A stretch of DNA of 64,000 nt from Utricularia gibba (Eukaryota; Plantae; Magnoliophyta): contig NEEC01000027.1 of NCBI GenBank assembly GCA_002189035.1, positions 310,001-374,000 of the forward strand, in the 5' to 3' direction. The position numbers were made by a program, and so were the translations under genes. Positions 16,762 to 30,606 of this stretch are shown one piece after another. The notes under the pieces were generated by a model, which was not told the DNA's origin, searched no databases, and saw only the letters and a list, made by a program, of their open reading frames with translations. Position 1 is the first letter of the stretch. Each line of letters opens with the position of its first letter.

Positions 16762-19619
16762 CTATGAAAGAATAAATACAAATTCAGTTACGAATATGAT
16801 GCTGTTCAAATATCATCCATTTAAATCAGAAGCTAGCTGCATTTTCAGATGACAATAGATGAGACCGGGTGAAATCAAACTGTGACCCCAGTAAACAGCA
16901 CGAGAACATGTATAGTTCATATTGGATGAAGCTAAACCCCATACACAATCACCTGCTAGACAGGCACACGAAGTCAAACTTAACTCTGTGGATAAAACAT
17001 CATTATTTGAGAAAGAAAATGATGAGAGGAGCCAGCATATGCAAGTGCAACACTGCAGAACCAAAAAAAAGATGAAAAAACGCAGAATATAGAATGCTGT
17101 TTCACAGATCGAGTTCTTATCATTGTAACTCATAACTCTGATACAAAATACGAGAAAAATAAGACAAGCTGTTACTTGAATTGAATCAATGCCATGGAAG
17201 ACACTTACACTAGGAAAATAATTATGAAAAATAGCACATAATGAAAAAAAAAACCCTCGAAATTTAAAAGCATGCCTCAGATAATAAGAACTATCATATC
17301 TTAAACACTAGGTCAGAAAAGAGAACAAAATTCTACAGTGGTCAGTCTCTTTAATATAACACGGTACGAAACCAAAATTCACAGAGCAAGGACTGTAATC
17401 AAGTAAGGAAGACAACACTTCAAAAATTGAGAAATTTTCATATTTTTACGAGCATATTTTAAAGAAACTCGCTTTAGAAAAAACAACAACAATAACCAAG
17501 ACGATGAATACCAAAAAGAGCTTCAAGCCCAGGAGAAGGACCCAGGTTCCACGAAATCCCAATGCGATCCCACGAAATTAAAACTCATTAACCGCATCAC
17601 ATCTTTTGAATACCGACCAAGAATCTTTATTCTTGCTGCAATCCAACATCACCCACAAAGATCAACAGGCACACACACACACATGCGGAATCATGTGAAC
17701 CCATATACGCATGTAAAACACAAGAAGCACATAAACCGCATGCGGGTCATTGAAGCTGGGTAAATGGGTATAGATGTGAAGTAAAGAAACCAAAACTGTG
17801 GGGAAACAAACAGAAAAAACCAAGTGCTGTAAGCTAACATAAAAACATTGAAGAAATATAATATGCACACACTTTACTCGTCAAATAGATATGCATACTT
17901 GAGTTGTACATACATGCGAAAGACTAGGCTGAACCTCGGGCTCTTCTTCTACACCAGAGCTTTTCATGTCGAGAATTCAGAATCAAAGAGAGAGAGCGGT
18001 CGAAGAGAGAGAGGGAGGCCGAAGAGAGACTTGCTTTTCTTTTTCTTTTTTCGTTACGGTTTGTATTTGTTTCGCCACGCTGTTATTGCAAAAAAACGAA
18101 AAGAAAAAAAAACATATTTTGCTGTTGCCCCCTGGATTAGATAGGTATTCGTATTTCGCCTCCTCTTACAGCCTACACGTGGCATCCTGTAACAGGTATT
18201 TTTTTAATATTACAAAAATAAGTTAATATAAACCCTAGACTCCAATACAAAATGCGAGGTATTTAGTTACGTGCATTTTATTTCGATTTCATCATTTTTT
18301 GAAAAATAAATTAAAAAGCCATAACACATGGGCTGTTTCACGAATTCTTTTTTTAAATGAATTTGTAGGGATCGAGTAAAATACCATCTGTAATTGTCGG
18401 ATAGGCATTTACTATATTTAGGAAAGCTTATAATCTTTTTATGTGACGTTTTTTCATATGCGGTACTAGTTATAAAATATTAATAAATCTCAAAATTATT
18501 AAGATTTTCTGTCCTATTTACATATATTCAATATATTTAAATATCTCAATCAAAGACATATTTTTAATATTTTATGTATATACTTAAATAAATTATTCGG
18601 TTAATTCAGGTTTTGCTCTCCTACCCTTCAAGATCCATATAATTAGTGGCATAACCTCTTACGAAATATTTTGGAGGAAATGGAAAAGAAGAGGAGACAT
18701 CTTGACCGCAGGATCCAGTCAACGTATTAAATGAGGGACACGGCCCTTTGACCAAGCCCCCCGTTTCTGACTCGGCCCGGTTCTTAATGGGCTTTTTAAA
18801 TGATGCTACAGTTTTATTTACGCGTCGATTTAAGAAATTGTCATCTTTTTATATTAAAATTTGAGAGATGATCATCTTCGGAAATTCCTTTATAAATTAA
18901 TCATTCTTCGTTTATTCATTTAAAATAAATGTATTATTTCATAAAATACATTGACATGATAGATTATCCCTATCTTGGAACGTCAATCCTGCATGGCACA
19001 CGTGATCCACATCCTCATCTTCAAAAAAAAAGAAAAAAAAACCTACAATATTCAATGTTATTTTCTATTTTTTTATTATTCGAAATATAAAAGATAAATA
19101 TATAGGGTCATTTTAAAATAAACCTTGTACGGGGATGGGATGTTCAGTCTAACGGCCGTCCGGTGTAGTTTTAGGGTAGGCGTTTTGTTGTTTTCGGTAT
19201 ATTTGTTTATTCTGATATTAGTTTTTTTTTATTTTTAGTTTTATAGAAAAGAGGGAGAGAATAGAAGGTCATTTTCGTAAAAAAGAACAAGCAAAGGAAT
19301 AAAAAAACCAGTCCACGAGAAAATAAGGCACACGCCGCAGGGGCACACAAAGGCGCACATGTAGTGCGTGTTTTGTGTGTGTGCATAACCGTACTGCGAG
19401 TTTCGAGGAGGCATTCACCCGCAGGGGAAGGAAGCCTTTGATGACCTCCCAAATCCTCTCTCTTTCCTGAAAAGTGCAGAAACACGCACACACCGCAGCC
19501 CCTCTTCTTCTTCTTCTCCTCCTTTTCGATCATATCTCTGTGTTTCCTTTCCACCTTCTTGTTTCTGTAAGTGTTTGTACATGCTTGTAAACTGATATAT
19601 TTATAGCGTATCGTTTAAA

Positions 19620-19658
19620 GAGAGAGAGAAAGGTGTGTGTGTGTGTGTGTGTGTGTGG
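19620..19658 (+). repeat. Compound (GA)n/(GT)n microsatellite immediately 5' of the CCCH gene start codon
   Basis: gagagagagaaaggtgtgtgtgtgtgtgtgtgtgtgtggg ends a few nt before the ATG at 19666. Confidence 0.9.
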
Positions 19659-19665
19659 GTGTAAA

Positions 19666-22535
19666 ATGGAGAGGTATAGTGAGAGCCAGTCAATGGAAGG
19701 GGCAACGCTGGACCCTGTAGAGGACTGGGTAGCACCGGGTGGTGAAACCGGCATTGAAGGCGAGTTTTTTTTTTCTACTTGAACTTCGCCTGAATTTGGG
19801 CGTGATTTCAGGGAATGTTAATTCATGTCACTTCTGTTATCTGTGAGTGCAGAGCCTATGTGGAAATTGGGGTTGGTGGATGGTCCTCCATCGTATCCAG
19901 AGAGGCCTGGTGAGCCAGATTGCATCTATTTTTTGAAGAGTGGATTTTGTGGTTATGGGAATCGATGCCGCTTCAATCACCCCCGTGACCGTCGAATGGT
20001 AAATCTTTACCATCCTTTTACATGTTTTAGTTGGTGGGATCGTTCAGAAAACAATGAACTGCTGCTGATGATTTGGGTTGATTTGAATGCTTCTCGTTCA
20101 TGCGAGATGGCGACAATAATTGGGAACATTATCCTGCAATTTAAACGCCCAATCGCACCCTAAATCCTTGCCAAAGGGTTTTCATTAGATCATTTCTTTA
20201 ATTTTATTAGAAAGAGGTATACCGACGAAAAAGACTGTGTCGGTCGCATGAATTCAATTAGAAGATGCTGCGATTACTGTGGAAAAAAACTGCCCTTTCT
20301 TTGGTAATAATCACCAAGAAAAGATAATCTATCCGAGTGCGGGTGTGTGTGTTCACAAGTGGTCAAAAAAAAAAGCAGATCCTCCAAAGATCGCATATTT
20401 ATTGAATCAGCACGTTTGTTGAAAAGGTGATCTTCTAATGTCTGACTCTAGATAGAAAGGAATATCTTCTGAACATTTATAGGAATTTGTCATTGGCAGT
20501 ATCTATAAGACTGAAAGGTGAACCATGTAATTTTCTCCGTGCTCTAACATATGTGAACCTCGGCTACATAGGCAATGGGTGCTTTGAGATCTGGAGGAGG
20601 TGATTACCCAGAACGCGCTGGACAGCCCCTCTGCCAGGTATACTTTGTGATATGGGTTCATGTTAACTGCTTCCTATCAATTGCACTTTCAATTTGAGGT
20701 TTTGTTCACGTGAAGTTTTCTCCTTTTATGATCTTCTCAGGCATGCTGTGTTACTTGATCTTTGAAATGCATTAGTTATCTTTTTCTATGTTCCTAAGCT
20801 TTTTTCTTCTGCACAGTTCGGATTATTCTTATTGGTAGTTTGTTGGGGCTAGCAAAATTTGAGTTATATTGATCGATCCCAAGAAAAGTTGCTCCTTGAC
20901 TGCTTTGTAATGAATTAACTTGTTTGCTGCTCTGTATGGGATTTTGTTGTTGATCTATTATATTAACACCTGGCAATGCTTTGAAACGAGAGAGATCACT
21001 CCATGCATTTTTCTGGTTCACAAGTTGTGTTGCCGACTCATGAGTGATCATTTCTGTGCAATGGTCATATAGGATTTTGACATGGAATTTTTTGTTTGGC
21101 CACGTAAAATTGCCCCAACTGAAATCTCTCTCTTTGTTCCAATTATGTGTTTCCCAACACCTTCGTTATGTAGCACTACATGAAGACTGGAACATGTAAA
21201 TATGGTACCACCTGCAAATATCACCATCCTGAACAGGGAGTTGATTCTCCAGCCCCAGTAACAATGAATGTTTGTGGATATCCTTTACGACCAGTATGCT
21301 TCATTCTTCGCTTCATTCTACTTAGAAATGTTTACTTGGACAATAGCAGTGAACCTGTTGTATGAATCCTTTGCAGGGAGAAAAAGAATGCTCTTATTAT
21401 TTAAAGACAGGTCATTGTAAATTTGGTGTCACCTGTAAATTCCATCACCCACAGCCTTCAAGTACGCCATTCCCTGTTGAAGATGCGGGTCATGAACTCC
21501 TTGCCGGCCCTGCATCCATGCCTGCGCCAGCACTTTATTCTAATCTGCAGGGACCCTCTGTTCAATCTTCTCAACAATTTGGGTTAATCCAAGGAAATTG
21601 GCCTATCGCTAGGCCTGCAATGTTTCCTGGTTCTTATGTCCCTGGAGCATATGGACCAATGCTCTTTGCTCCCGGCATGGTTCCAGTTTCTGCTTGGACT
21701 CCCTATCCAGTAAGTGTAGCTTAAATTGGCCCTGTGTCCTTTTATCTTGAACTCCTCTATTTATATGCCTAATGCAGCGATTACACCTGCAGGCACATGT
21801 TAGATCAGGTTTCTCTCCTGTTGGTGCTGCCCCTGGTTATGGCATCACCCAACAGCTGTCTCCTTCAGCCCCTGCGTATCCAGGGCCATACATATCGATT
21901 TCCACTGGTGCCTCAAGCAGCAGTGAGAAAGAACCTGCCTTTCCCCAGAGACCTGGCCGACCAGAATGTCAGCATTACTTAAGGACCGGGGAATGTAAAT
22001 TTGGCACTACATGTAAATATCATCACCCACCGGAGTGGGGTTCTTCAAAGACCAGTTTTCTGCTCAGTCCCATGGGGCTGCCTCTACGCCCTGTAAGCCT
22101 TGTGTTAATTTTTTTTTTTCTTTTACTTGTGAAACATTTTATTTCTCAAGGGAGGCTTATTCATTCCTTGGTTCTCAGGGTGCACGGATATGCTCCCACT
22201 ATTCAAAAAATGGAGTATGCAAATTTGGACCTTCCTGCAAATTTGATCATCCCATGAGAGCTTTGAGTTACAGCTCTTCTGGATCTTCCCTCACTGGTAT
22301 GCCAGTGACACCTTACCCCGCTGGCTCGGTAAATGCAACTCTTGCTCCTTCATCCTCATCAGACCCTGGGCCTAACAAACAGCATTTGCCTCCTCAAATG
22401 CCATCAATCAGTAGCTCGAGTGCCTCCGTAGGCTCTTTCTTGGCAAGTAGGATGGATTCTCAGCTAACCATTCAACCTTCAGTGCAAAGCAACATTTCTT
22501 CTGGTCCTGGCACCAGCAGCAGCACTTGTCAATGA
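19666..22535 (+). CDS. Zinc finger CCCH domain protein with five C-x8-C-x5-C-x3-H fingers (C3H32/C3H58-like)
   Basis: Exons 19666-19759, 19853-19998, 20572-20637, 21174-21293, 21377-21709, 21793-22092 and 22179-22535. Repeated [10 protein letters not shown]..., YPLRP/GEKEC and [10 protein letters not shown] linker-finger units. Confidence 0.93.
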
Positions 22536-23807
22536 CATGAAGTTCTGATATCCCAATGGGGAAAGGAACATAAAAAAAAAAAAGAAAGGAAAGAGGTTTC
22601 TTCTTTGTGCAACTCTGAAGTGGTGAAAGATCCCTGGATAGCGCCTCCTTCTACCCAGACTTGGAACCACACATTATATGCATCCTTATACTCTTGCAGC
22701 CCTGTTGGAATTGCTGTCTTGGAGAAAATGGCCACAATGGCTGTTTATCTGTATTCAACCTCTTCTTTACCCCTTTTTTTGTGGGAGAAAAAATCACAAG
22801 ATGCAGAACGAGGGCGTATGCTGGTGTTGCTCCTCCACATTTTTTCATGGGGCGCTGGAGTGGAAGCAGTGAACTCACTAATGAACCGATGCATGTCTTC
22901 TACTGATCTTGTGATTGATTTATCCACATGCTATTTGATCCGCCAACAACGTAACCAAATTCTACTCAGGAACTTTATCATAGTACGGCTCACAACGCGG
23001 ATATCTCCGACGAACTTTGATCCGCGTCTTTCACATGCTTAGATATTCAATTTCATTCGAGTTTATAATTTTTTTTCGATATAATAATGTTTATAAAAAA
23101 AATAAATTTAGAAATATTTAATTAAAAAATTATAAAAAAAAAAATCACCTAAAAAACACATGAATAAATTGAGCACCATTTTAAAATGTAGGTACATGAA
23201 TTGGAGAATGACTTCGAGGGCCCATTACCGTTATCATTTATTACAATGAAGCCTGCCTGGTGCTATTAATGGGCCCTACCGAAATTACTTATGTCTCGTA
23301 ATGGGCCTCACTACCTGGGCCCATTACAGTTCTCTTACTTTTTTTTGGACTATAAAATAATTTGTGTTTACTGTTTCCAGTTGTCTTACTGTAGTTTGTT
23401 TCTTCTCCCTTCTCCCTGCATGGGCTACTCTTCCTCCTCCCCCTTCCGTTGGAATCAGTTGGCTTTCGGTTCAAAAAGATTGAAAAGAAAAGAACAGAAA
23501 GAAGACTGGGGTGGGGCTAAATTTTCCAGGATTTGGGAGCCACTGAGCCGGAAATGCAAATGCGGGAACAGCATTTTTCGATCCCTGATTTAATACTTCA
23601 TATTTCTAAATGCATCAACATCACTTTTTTTTGTTGGTTTTTCTGATCAATCTTGTTCTCGATCATCCCGCCTCACAAACACAAGAAGAATAACCACATT
23701 GAGAGAAGCCTGACGCAACTCACTGTAACCTCGGTGACATGAGCTAGATATGATGCGTGCGTTCTGTGGAGTTTTTGAAACAAACGTTTTCAAGTAAGTA
23801 CAGAGGG

Positions 23808-26800
23808 TTAGCGGTTTACTTGGAATACCTGGTGGCAGTAGTTGATGCTGAATGAGGAAGTTCGAACAACACCATCATTGTATTTAGAGTAGGAGGGGCA
23901 GGTTGTTTTCAGAAATGGGTCTTGTGAACAACCATGAGGCCGCTGATCAGCATGCGTTTGCAGATTCCTTGGCTGAGGCACTCCTTGAAAATTGTAATGG
24001 TTAGAGCCACAAGCGCGCTGGGGATCAGCATTTCCAGGAGCAGAGGGCCTAAAACTGAGTGCTTGATCCAAAGGCGAATTCGAACCGATAGCATGGGGAG
24101 ACATATGCAGTCTCTTGCATCTTTGGTACTCCAGATTAGGAAGGAAGGAAGTGACGGATACTCCAAGTGGTTTTGTTGGAATCTTTATGCTTTCTATGTC
24201 TATACCTTGCTTCATTCCTACCTCGAAAATTTGCTTCTCATCAAGCCCCAAACTCATGAGCAATTTCCACATATTTCCCAGAGCTTCTCTCTGTCTGTAA
24301 ATAATTTGATCTCTTGCTGCCATTTCGAACTGAAGCTCAGTGTTGGTCAATCCCTGAAAGCCCATAACAAAAAAAGAAACATTGGGAAGGAACATGGTGT
24401 GCAAACCCAAACATAAGTGCAGCATAGAAGAACTCTCAGGGTATAGAAAAAAGGCACACAGGCTGCACTTGAAGTAATCACCATCTGTATTAATAAAACG
24501 GTGGTGGATATTTAATGGGATAAGCTGATCATGCAGGGTGAATCTGCTTACTATAATCACGTTGAAAGAGAAGCATTATTTTACCAGAAGCCTGAACTGA
24601 CTGAGAATGCCTACAAAGGTTTCGTTGCTGTTGCTTCTAACTGCTTCATCAAGCATATAATGTAATTGACATCTGCGCTTATCATTTTCGATTATTTCCT
24701 GCATGATATTGATAATATTTTACTGAAAAAAAAAAAAAAACACCCATCATCATATTCATTACCAGCGAGCATGTAAAAAATTACCTTCTCATAACTGACA
24801 CCAAGCTCATCATTGTCACGGATGTTATCGAGAATCACCTGACGCCTTGCTTGCAAAGCAGAGATAACAGCTCCATCACTTTCTGTAGCCTGCTTTGTCA
24901 AATTGAGAGGATGCTCTCAGAGAAAATGATGATAAATTTGAGATCGAGCACACCCTAGACAACAACAAATGATTTTGACGAGCTCTCAAACCTGATGCTT
25001 TGCAATGGCTTCATCAAGGCATCTTAGCTCTTTACGGTTGTCGCAGGTAGTTTCCTCGAGTTCCAGTAGAGCCTTCTGTAGATTTATCCTCTCATGAACA
25101 TTTTCACTGGTTTCTTGGATCAGGGAATTCAACCGAGACAATGCATTTTCCATTGCTTTTTCAGCTGGTCTAGACTGAATCATTGACTCCTTCTCAGCTA
25201 GTTCCTTCCTCAAACGGCTTGCTTCATTCTGAAATTGGGATATCCATTCTATGTTGTAAAGCTTACATATCAAGTCTCAATGATTTGTTTCTCAACCTTT
25301 TGCATTTCTGTTTCGTAGAATAATTACCTGTAGATTGTCAATAATTTTCTGGTAGTCTGACACATGAGAGCTTGCGGTACCTATATTTTTCTGAAATTTA
25401 AAGATTCTGTTACACTAACACACATGTAATGAAGTTTCGAACGAACATGGATAGCATACATTAAGATGGCTTTCTCACCTGGAGGCGTGTCTTAATTTCC
25501 TTGGCACGGTCAGCATATTTCAGAGTATTCACTGTATGGTGATACTGACTGTCTGCTGGTGATATTGTAGCAATCATGATAGTCTGGGAATTACCACTTA
25601 GACCATCTTTCAAAATTCGTGTCAGCTTACTGAAAAAAAAAAAAAAAGAGATTAGCTGCATATCAGGCAGCAGGTAGAGTATACCACAGCAAAGTGATTA
25701 TAGAAAAAAAAGCCTGTTTTCTCGGAATTTCCAATGCCCCACTGTAAAGAGGAAGACAGACCTATTGCGATATGGTACGTAAGCCAACCCCTTCTTCTGT
25801 TGCTTTCCCAAAGCATTAATACAATTTGCAAGAGCAAGAAGAGATCGGTTTATGTTTGCACCATCTCTTAGTTTTTGGCCTCCGCTATTTGTTTCAGAAG
25901 CCCGCTCACTGAAATGTGAATTCTCAAATGCTGTTCCGACCTTCAGGAGGAAAGAAATTAACAAGAATCACACCTGCCAGCAAGATCTACCAAAGCAAGT
26001 TTTCCTCTGATGACCTGGTTAGGAAACACCTTCTGCTGTTTCCTGACCACGTTGATCTCCAGAACAGCATGTGAGCTTCAGAAAAATATCATAGATGTGC
26101 AGTTTTAGATATAATCAAGGGATTAACTCAACAAGATAAGGAGATCTTTCAGCCATAGGCTATCACTCTCATATATTTTTAAGTTTGCATTATCTAGTAC
26201 AAGATCGAACATTAGGCCAAGGATATGTAATGGCTAATGGTACAAATGATAGAACACATCATCAATCCATATCACGTTGATGAGCAAGCACAACATCAAG
26301 TTCTAGAAGTCGTCTAGATTAACAACAGCAGAAATGTACACTAGAAAAAAAAATAATAAAAAAAAGGTCACGCACCGAGAGGAAGTTTCATTGACCTCTG
26401 TGCTTTCAGTTTTTCGTCGGCTATTCCCCAAGTTCAGAAGTTCAAGTATTTTGTCAGCAGAATTAACCTGCATACATGATGCGTGATTTTATTTACCCCA
26501 AAATGCTGCTCAGAAACAATATAATGAAAGCAGAATTTTTTTTTGATATCCAGTTCTTTTAGCATGACGTACCCTGATACTTCTAAGGCCAGCTACAGTT
26601 ATACCCTGCTCTGGATCTTCCCGTAGTTCCAAGTGTCCTGAAGACTTTTCTAAGAGATCATATATGACCTGCATTAAAAAAAAAAACCCATTCAATGGGT
26701 ATGTAGCTGAAGTATGGCATTTAACAGGTAAATTACAAACCTCATTATAGACTTCAAGGTATGAACATGTAACCTCAAAATTATCAGAGGTATTGTCCTT

Positions 26801-27592
26801 CTTAATGAGATGAAAAATAGCGTTTAAACTCAGAACCATGAGACCAGGGTCGTCTCGTGTTCCAACCATGGTATGTGTTTTGCCACTGAGGAAACATTTC
26901 AAACAGCGTTTAACATGTAAAGGTTCTCAGCAATCATTCTCAACTGTATTTTAAATTGCTTTGAAACTTCCATGTACCTCCCTGTGGAGCCATAAGCAAA
27001 TACAGTGGCATTCAGACCTTGAATAACACCAGAAATTGTGGAACTTACACTTCTCTGGTATACATCCTAAAGACAGGGAACATAGATCATTCATCACCCA
27101 GTACGTCAAAGGTTCATCACTTCTAATACATCCTTTTGAAATCACAATTCAATCAGGTCATTCGACAAAACTCGATAAATTTTACCAAATTGGAAGAGTT
27201 CGGTCCAAACGCATAATCAAAAGTGTATCTCCTCTCCTTGGTTCGGTTCTGGATGCGATCCAGATATCCTTTTGAAAGGTCGGGATCCAAAATGAGAACT
27301 TCCTACACTAATCATGAATCTCGAATTCTTCAATGTATTCGAGCTTCGAACATGAAGCCAATTTCTTCATAGTTAACCCAAACTTAACTAACCTTTTCAT
27401 TGTGCACTCTAACTATATCACGACCGAGCTCCCTCCCTGCTAACGGCCTACACTTTACAGCCACCTTCAGCGAACCAACAAAAAAAAAAAATGTTACCAC
27501 GGGAAAATAAGAAAACGGAACCCAAAACGTATTTCTGAACTAACCGTAAGAGTAGTGGTTTTTTTGGAACCCGGATTTCGAACGCTTGGCAT
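23808..27592 (-). CDS. KIN8B: Kinesin-8B
   Basis: ATG at 27592: [24 protein letters not shown].../[23 protein letters not shown].../[22 protein letters not shown]; SR/SHAVLEI; DLAG/SERA; [20 protein letters not shown]; coiled coil; [18 protein letters not shown]. About 14 exons join in frame with GT-AG introns. Confidence 0.94.
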
Positions 27593-28312
27593 ACCTAGTT
27601 AACATTCGCCTCAAATGTTAATCCTAATATCCTCCTTGAAGCTTCCCTCACCCGAAATAGAAACAATAGACTGAAAGAAAAAACCCTAAAATGAGAACAA
27701 ACAAAAAAAAGGAATCGATCAAGAAAAATCAAAAGCAGTGAGTCGCAGAGCATCACCAGCTTGATTCCAGAACACAGACGTCAACACCAAATACCTCTCA
27801 GAAAATCAAACTGAATCCACTTCCAATTCAAGACGCCCGATCAACAACCGAAACGTTAAATACCTCACTCGCAGTGAAAACCTTTTCGACATTTACGTTC
27901 TGTCTGCATCTGATCTTGCATGCAACGTCTCTTTCTACTGCTCCCCCTCGTCTCCTTTTCCCACACACCCGAGGCTAATAAGGTAACTTCCACTGGAACA
28001 TATTTGGCAGCAGCCAATCCAGTACTTGGGGAATTTTATAATATTTTCCAAATTCAGAGTAAAATGTTTTTCATTATATATTTAAAGCCAACTTTTCATT
28101 ACAGGCTGTTTCCCGAAGACTTCGAAATAACCGCTTAATTTGACATCCAAGTTGCACTGTCAAATTGTTAGATCCTCAAAGGAACCATAAATGCCACACA
28201 GAACAACAGCAGAATTGATTCGGGGTCGCTGTTGGAGGCAGGAAAGGACCAGAGGCCCAGGCGGGCCTGAACGAGTCAGCGCCTTGGATGTGTCACAGCT
28301 TTATGGTGATCA

Positions 28313-30606
28313 TCATTGCCGGGTGCTTAGCTTGCGTTTCTTGGCCCGTTCTCGCCGTTCCTCCTCTTCAATCATGCGGAGCTGCTCCTCGTCTTCTTGC
28401 CGAGCAATTCTCGCACTGAAAGAGACAAGATGGTGGAGTCAATGAGGAAGAAACATGGGGGGAAACAGGAATGCATGCAAATGGGGAGACTGGATGTAAA
28501 CCTCTTTCTTTCCTCCCGCATGATATCGTCGAAGTTAGCCTCCATATCGCTATCGTCATCGTCGTCCCGGAAACGGTTCGGATTGTACCTGCGAAGCAAG
28601 CATAAAATCATGCTAATCCCATGGAAGAAGATCATCATCTAACAAGCACGTCGTACTAGCTCAAGTCTACAGCCTGCAGTATAACTACTGATACTACAAA
28701 CTAACCACATGGTCTTTGCTTGGCGTATGTCAAAAAGCAAAAATCATTATTACGTGAATGTATGAAAAAAAATGGAACGTTTAAAACAGGTCTTGGTTGT
28801 TGGCCCTGACCAACACAAGTTTTAGAAAAGGGAACAGGCAAAGACGAATTGTAAGTTTTTTATGAAGGAAAAAGTTGCCTACCCAAACATCTTCCTGATC
28901 ATGCTTATTGCACGGCCACCTTCGACGTCCAAGCCGGCATCATCATCACGTGGTCGCTTAGGTTTTGCCTTTGGCCGTTGGTCACTGTGAGTATCACGTG
29001 CTGAAGGTTTTGGGGGAGGCCTATTATGCTGAAAGATACCAGGATGTTAAGATTGAAAGCACTAAAAAAAAACAACAGAGTACAAAAAGGTGTAGTTTCC
29101 AACCTGTTCTCTAGAGGAATGTGGAGCATGCTTTGTACTTCCATTTGGAATGTTGGCTCCATGATACTCCCTTCTTTGCATCAACGGTTTATTAGTGGCT
29201 AAAGGTTTGGTATTAGGAGCAGATATGTTCCTGGACTGCCCAAATGCCGGCATAGATTTACGAACACCAGACTGAGAGACCAGAGAATTGTGTTTCGGTG
29301 CAATGTCCGATGGTTTTTTTGTTGTGGGGGATGCAAGTTTCCCTGCAGAAAGTTCCGCATGCTTTGAAGAAAACCCTTCCTTACTTCTTGCGTGCACACC
29401 AGACCCAGGGGCATGATTGTTACCAAACTTCTTATGAACTCCTACTGATGAATCAGAGATATTGCCTAATGCAACCTTAGGCATGCTATGGACACTTCCT
29501 CGCACCGGCTTTCGTCCATCACGAGAATTTGTAATACCTTTCTCACTGATCGAAGGTTTGCCCCTAGGCAGCACTTGAGGATGTCGGGCATCTTCATGTG
29601 AACACAAAATCTCATAAGTTCCCTTGAGACAAGCATCACTGCAATCAGCACATGATTTAAAAGTCAAAAAGTTAAGAAGGAGAACCATACCAGTGTTTGT
29701 AGACGTTAACTTTGTGGGGGTGAGGTTTTTCGCCACACCTATAAACTTAGCACCACTAGATTGAAGAAAAGAATAGTCTCTTGTTTGTTTAAGAATTTCT
29801 GCTTTTTTTCTCAGCTGCATGATCATGAAAAAGTATGCATCAAGAACACTACCAAAACATGTGAAACCATAACACCAAAAACAAACAGCCCCTTTCTCTT
29901 ACCCCATTAGTAGGAGCTGCCGGGTGCTTGTGTTGAGGTTTTGACTTGAAATGGGCTGTAGCATCGCTCCTATTATTCTGTGAAGAAATGTAGACTGCCA
30001 TTAGAATAGAAATCACATGACAAATCATGAGAGAAAAAGATTGTAGGTTCTCATGGGTGCATCCATCCCAGCCCAAAAATTAGTTAACATAGCCAAAAAA
30101 ATCTGCAAATCATCACAAGGAGCAACACCAAAACTAGCAAGAAAATTTAGAAACTGACCATATCATGCTCTTAGCTCGAAGGATCTTTGCTGTTAACTCT
30201 GGGTTCTCTAACAATGTCTTACTTTCTTCAATCACTCTCTGTGCAATAGCAGGACAAGCAGGTCCAAAGAAGGAACCATGGCTGCAAATAAGAGTACAAA
30301 AATGAGATGTTGCTTTAAACAATCGTAGTACACTAATAAAACCTAAATAATCTCTAAGGATTTCCCCTGAGCACTCTGTTGCTTCAATCACCTGTCCTTA
30401 CGAAAATCGATGTTTTTATTTCTGGAGCCAGAATTCGAAGCACCGAGCTCTTTCTTTAACTTCTTCCGAATTTTCTCCTTTAGCTTCTGCCTTAGTTCGA
30501 GATAGTCCATCTCCTCTTTCGTTGGCTGATGAGTTTCTTCATACCCATCTTCACTGCCTTCTTCCTCTTCTTGCTCCTCATCATCCCAGTTTTCATACCG
30601 CTGCAT
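28313..30606 (-). CDS. SPT2: SPT2 chromatin protein (histone chaperone) homolog
   Basis: Acidic N-terminus with YLELRQKLKE; GSFFGP...IAQRVIEESK; TRDYSFL; C-terminal AISMIRKMFG/YNPNRF-DDDDDSDMEANFDDIMREERKR/SARIARQEDEEQ...KKRKL, the SPT2 domain. The start at 30606 is plausible, but an upstream exon cannot be excluded. Confidence 0.9.

Noticed and set aside
17560-17571. 12-nt match to part of miR393 (GGGATCGCATTG on the minus strand)
   Set aside because: The match is too short, the flanks differ and no hairpin partner is visible.
29990-30170. Apparent phase mismatch between SPT2 exons 2 and 3
   Set aside because: An acceptor 8 nt further on (aatag|G AGC GAT) restores the frame, so no frameshift needs to be invoked.
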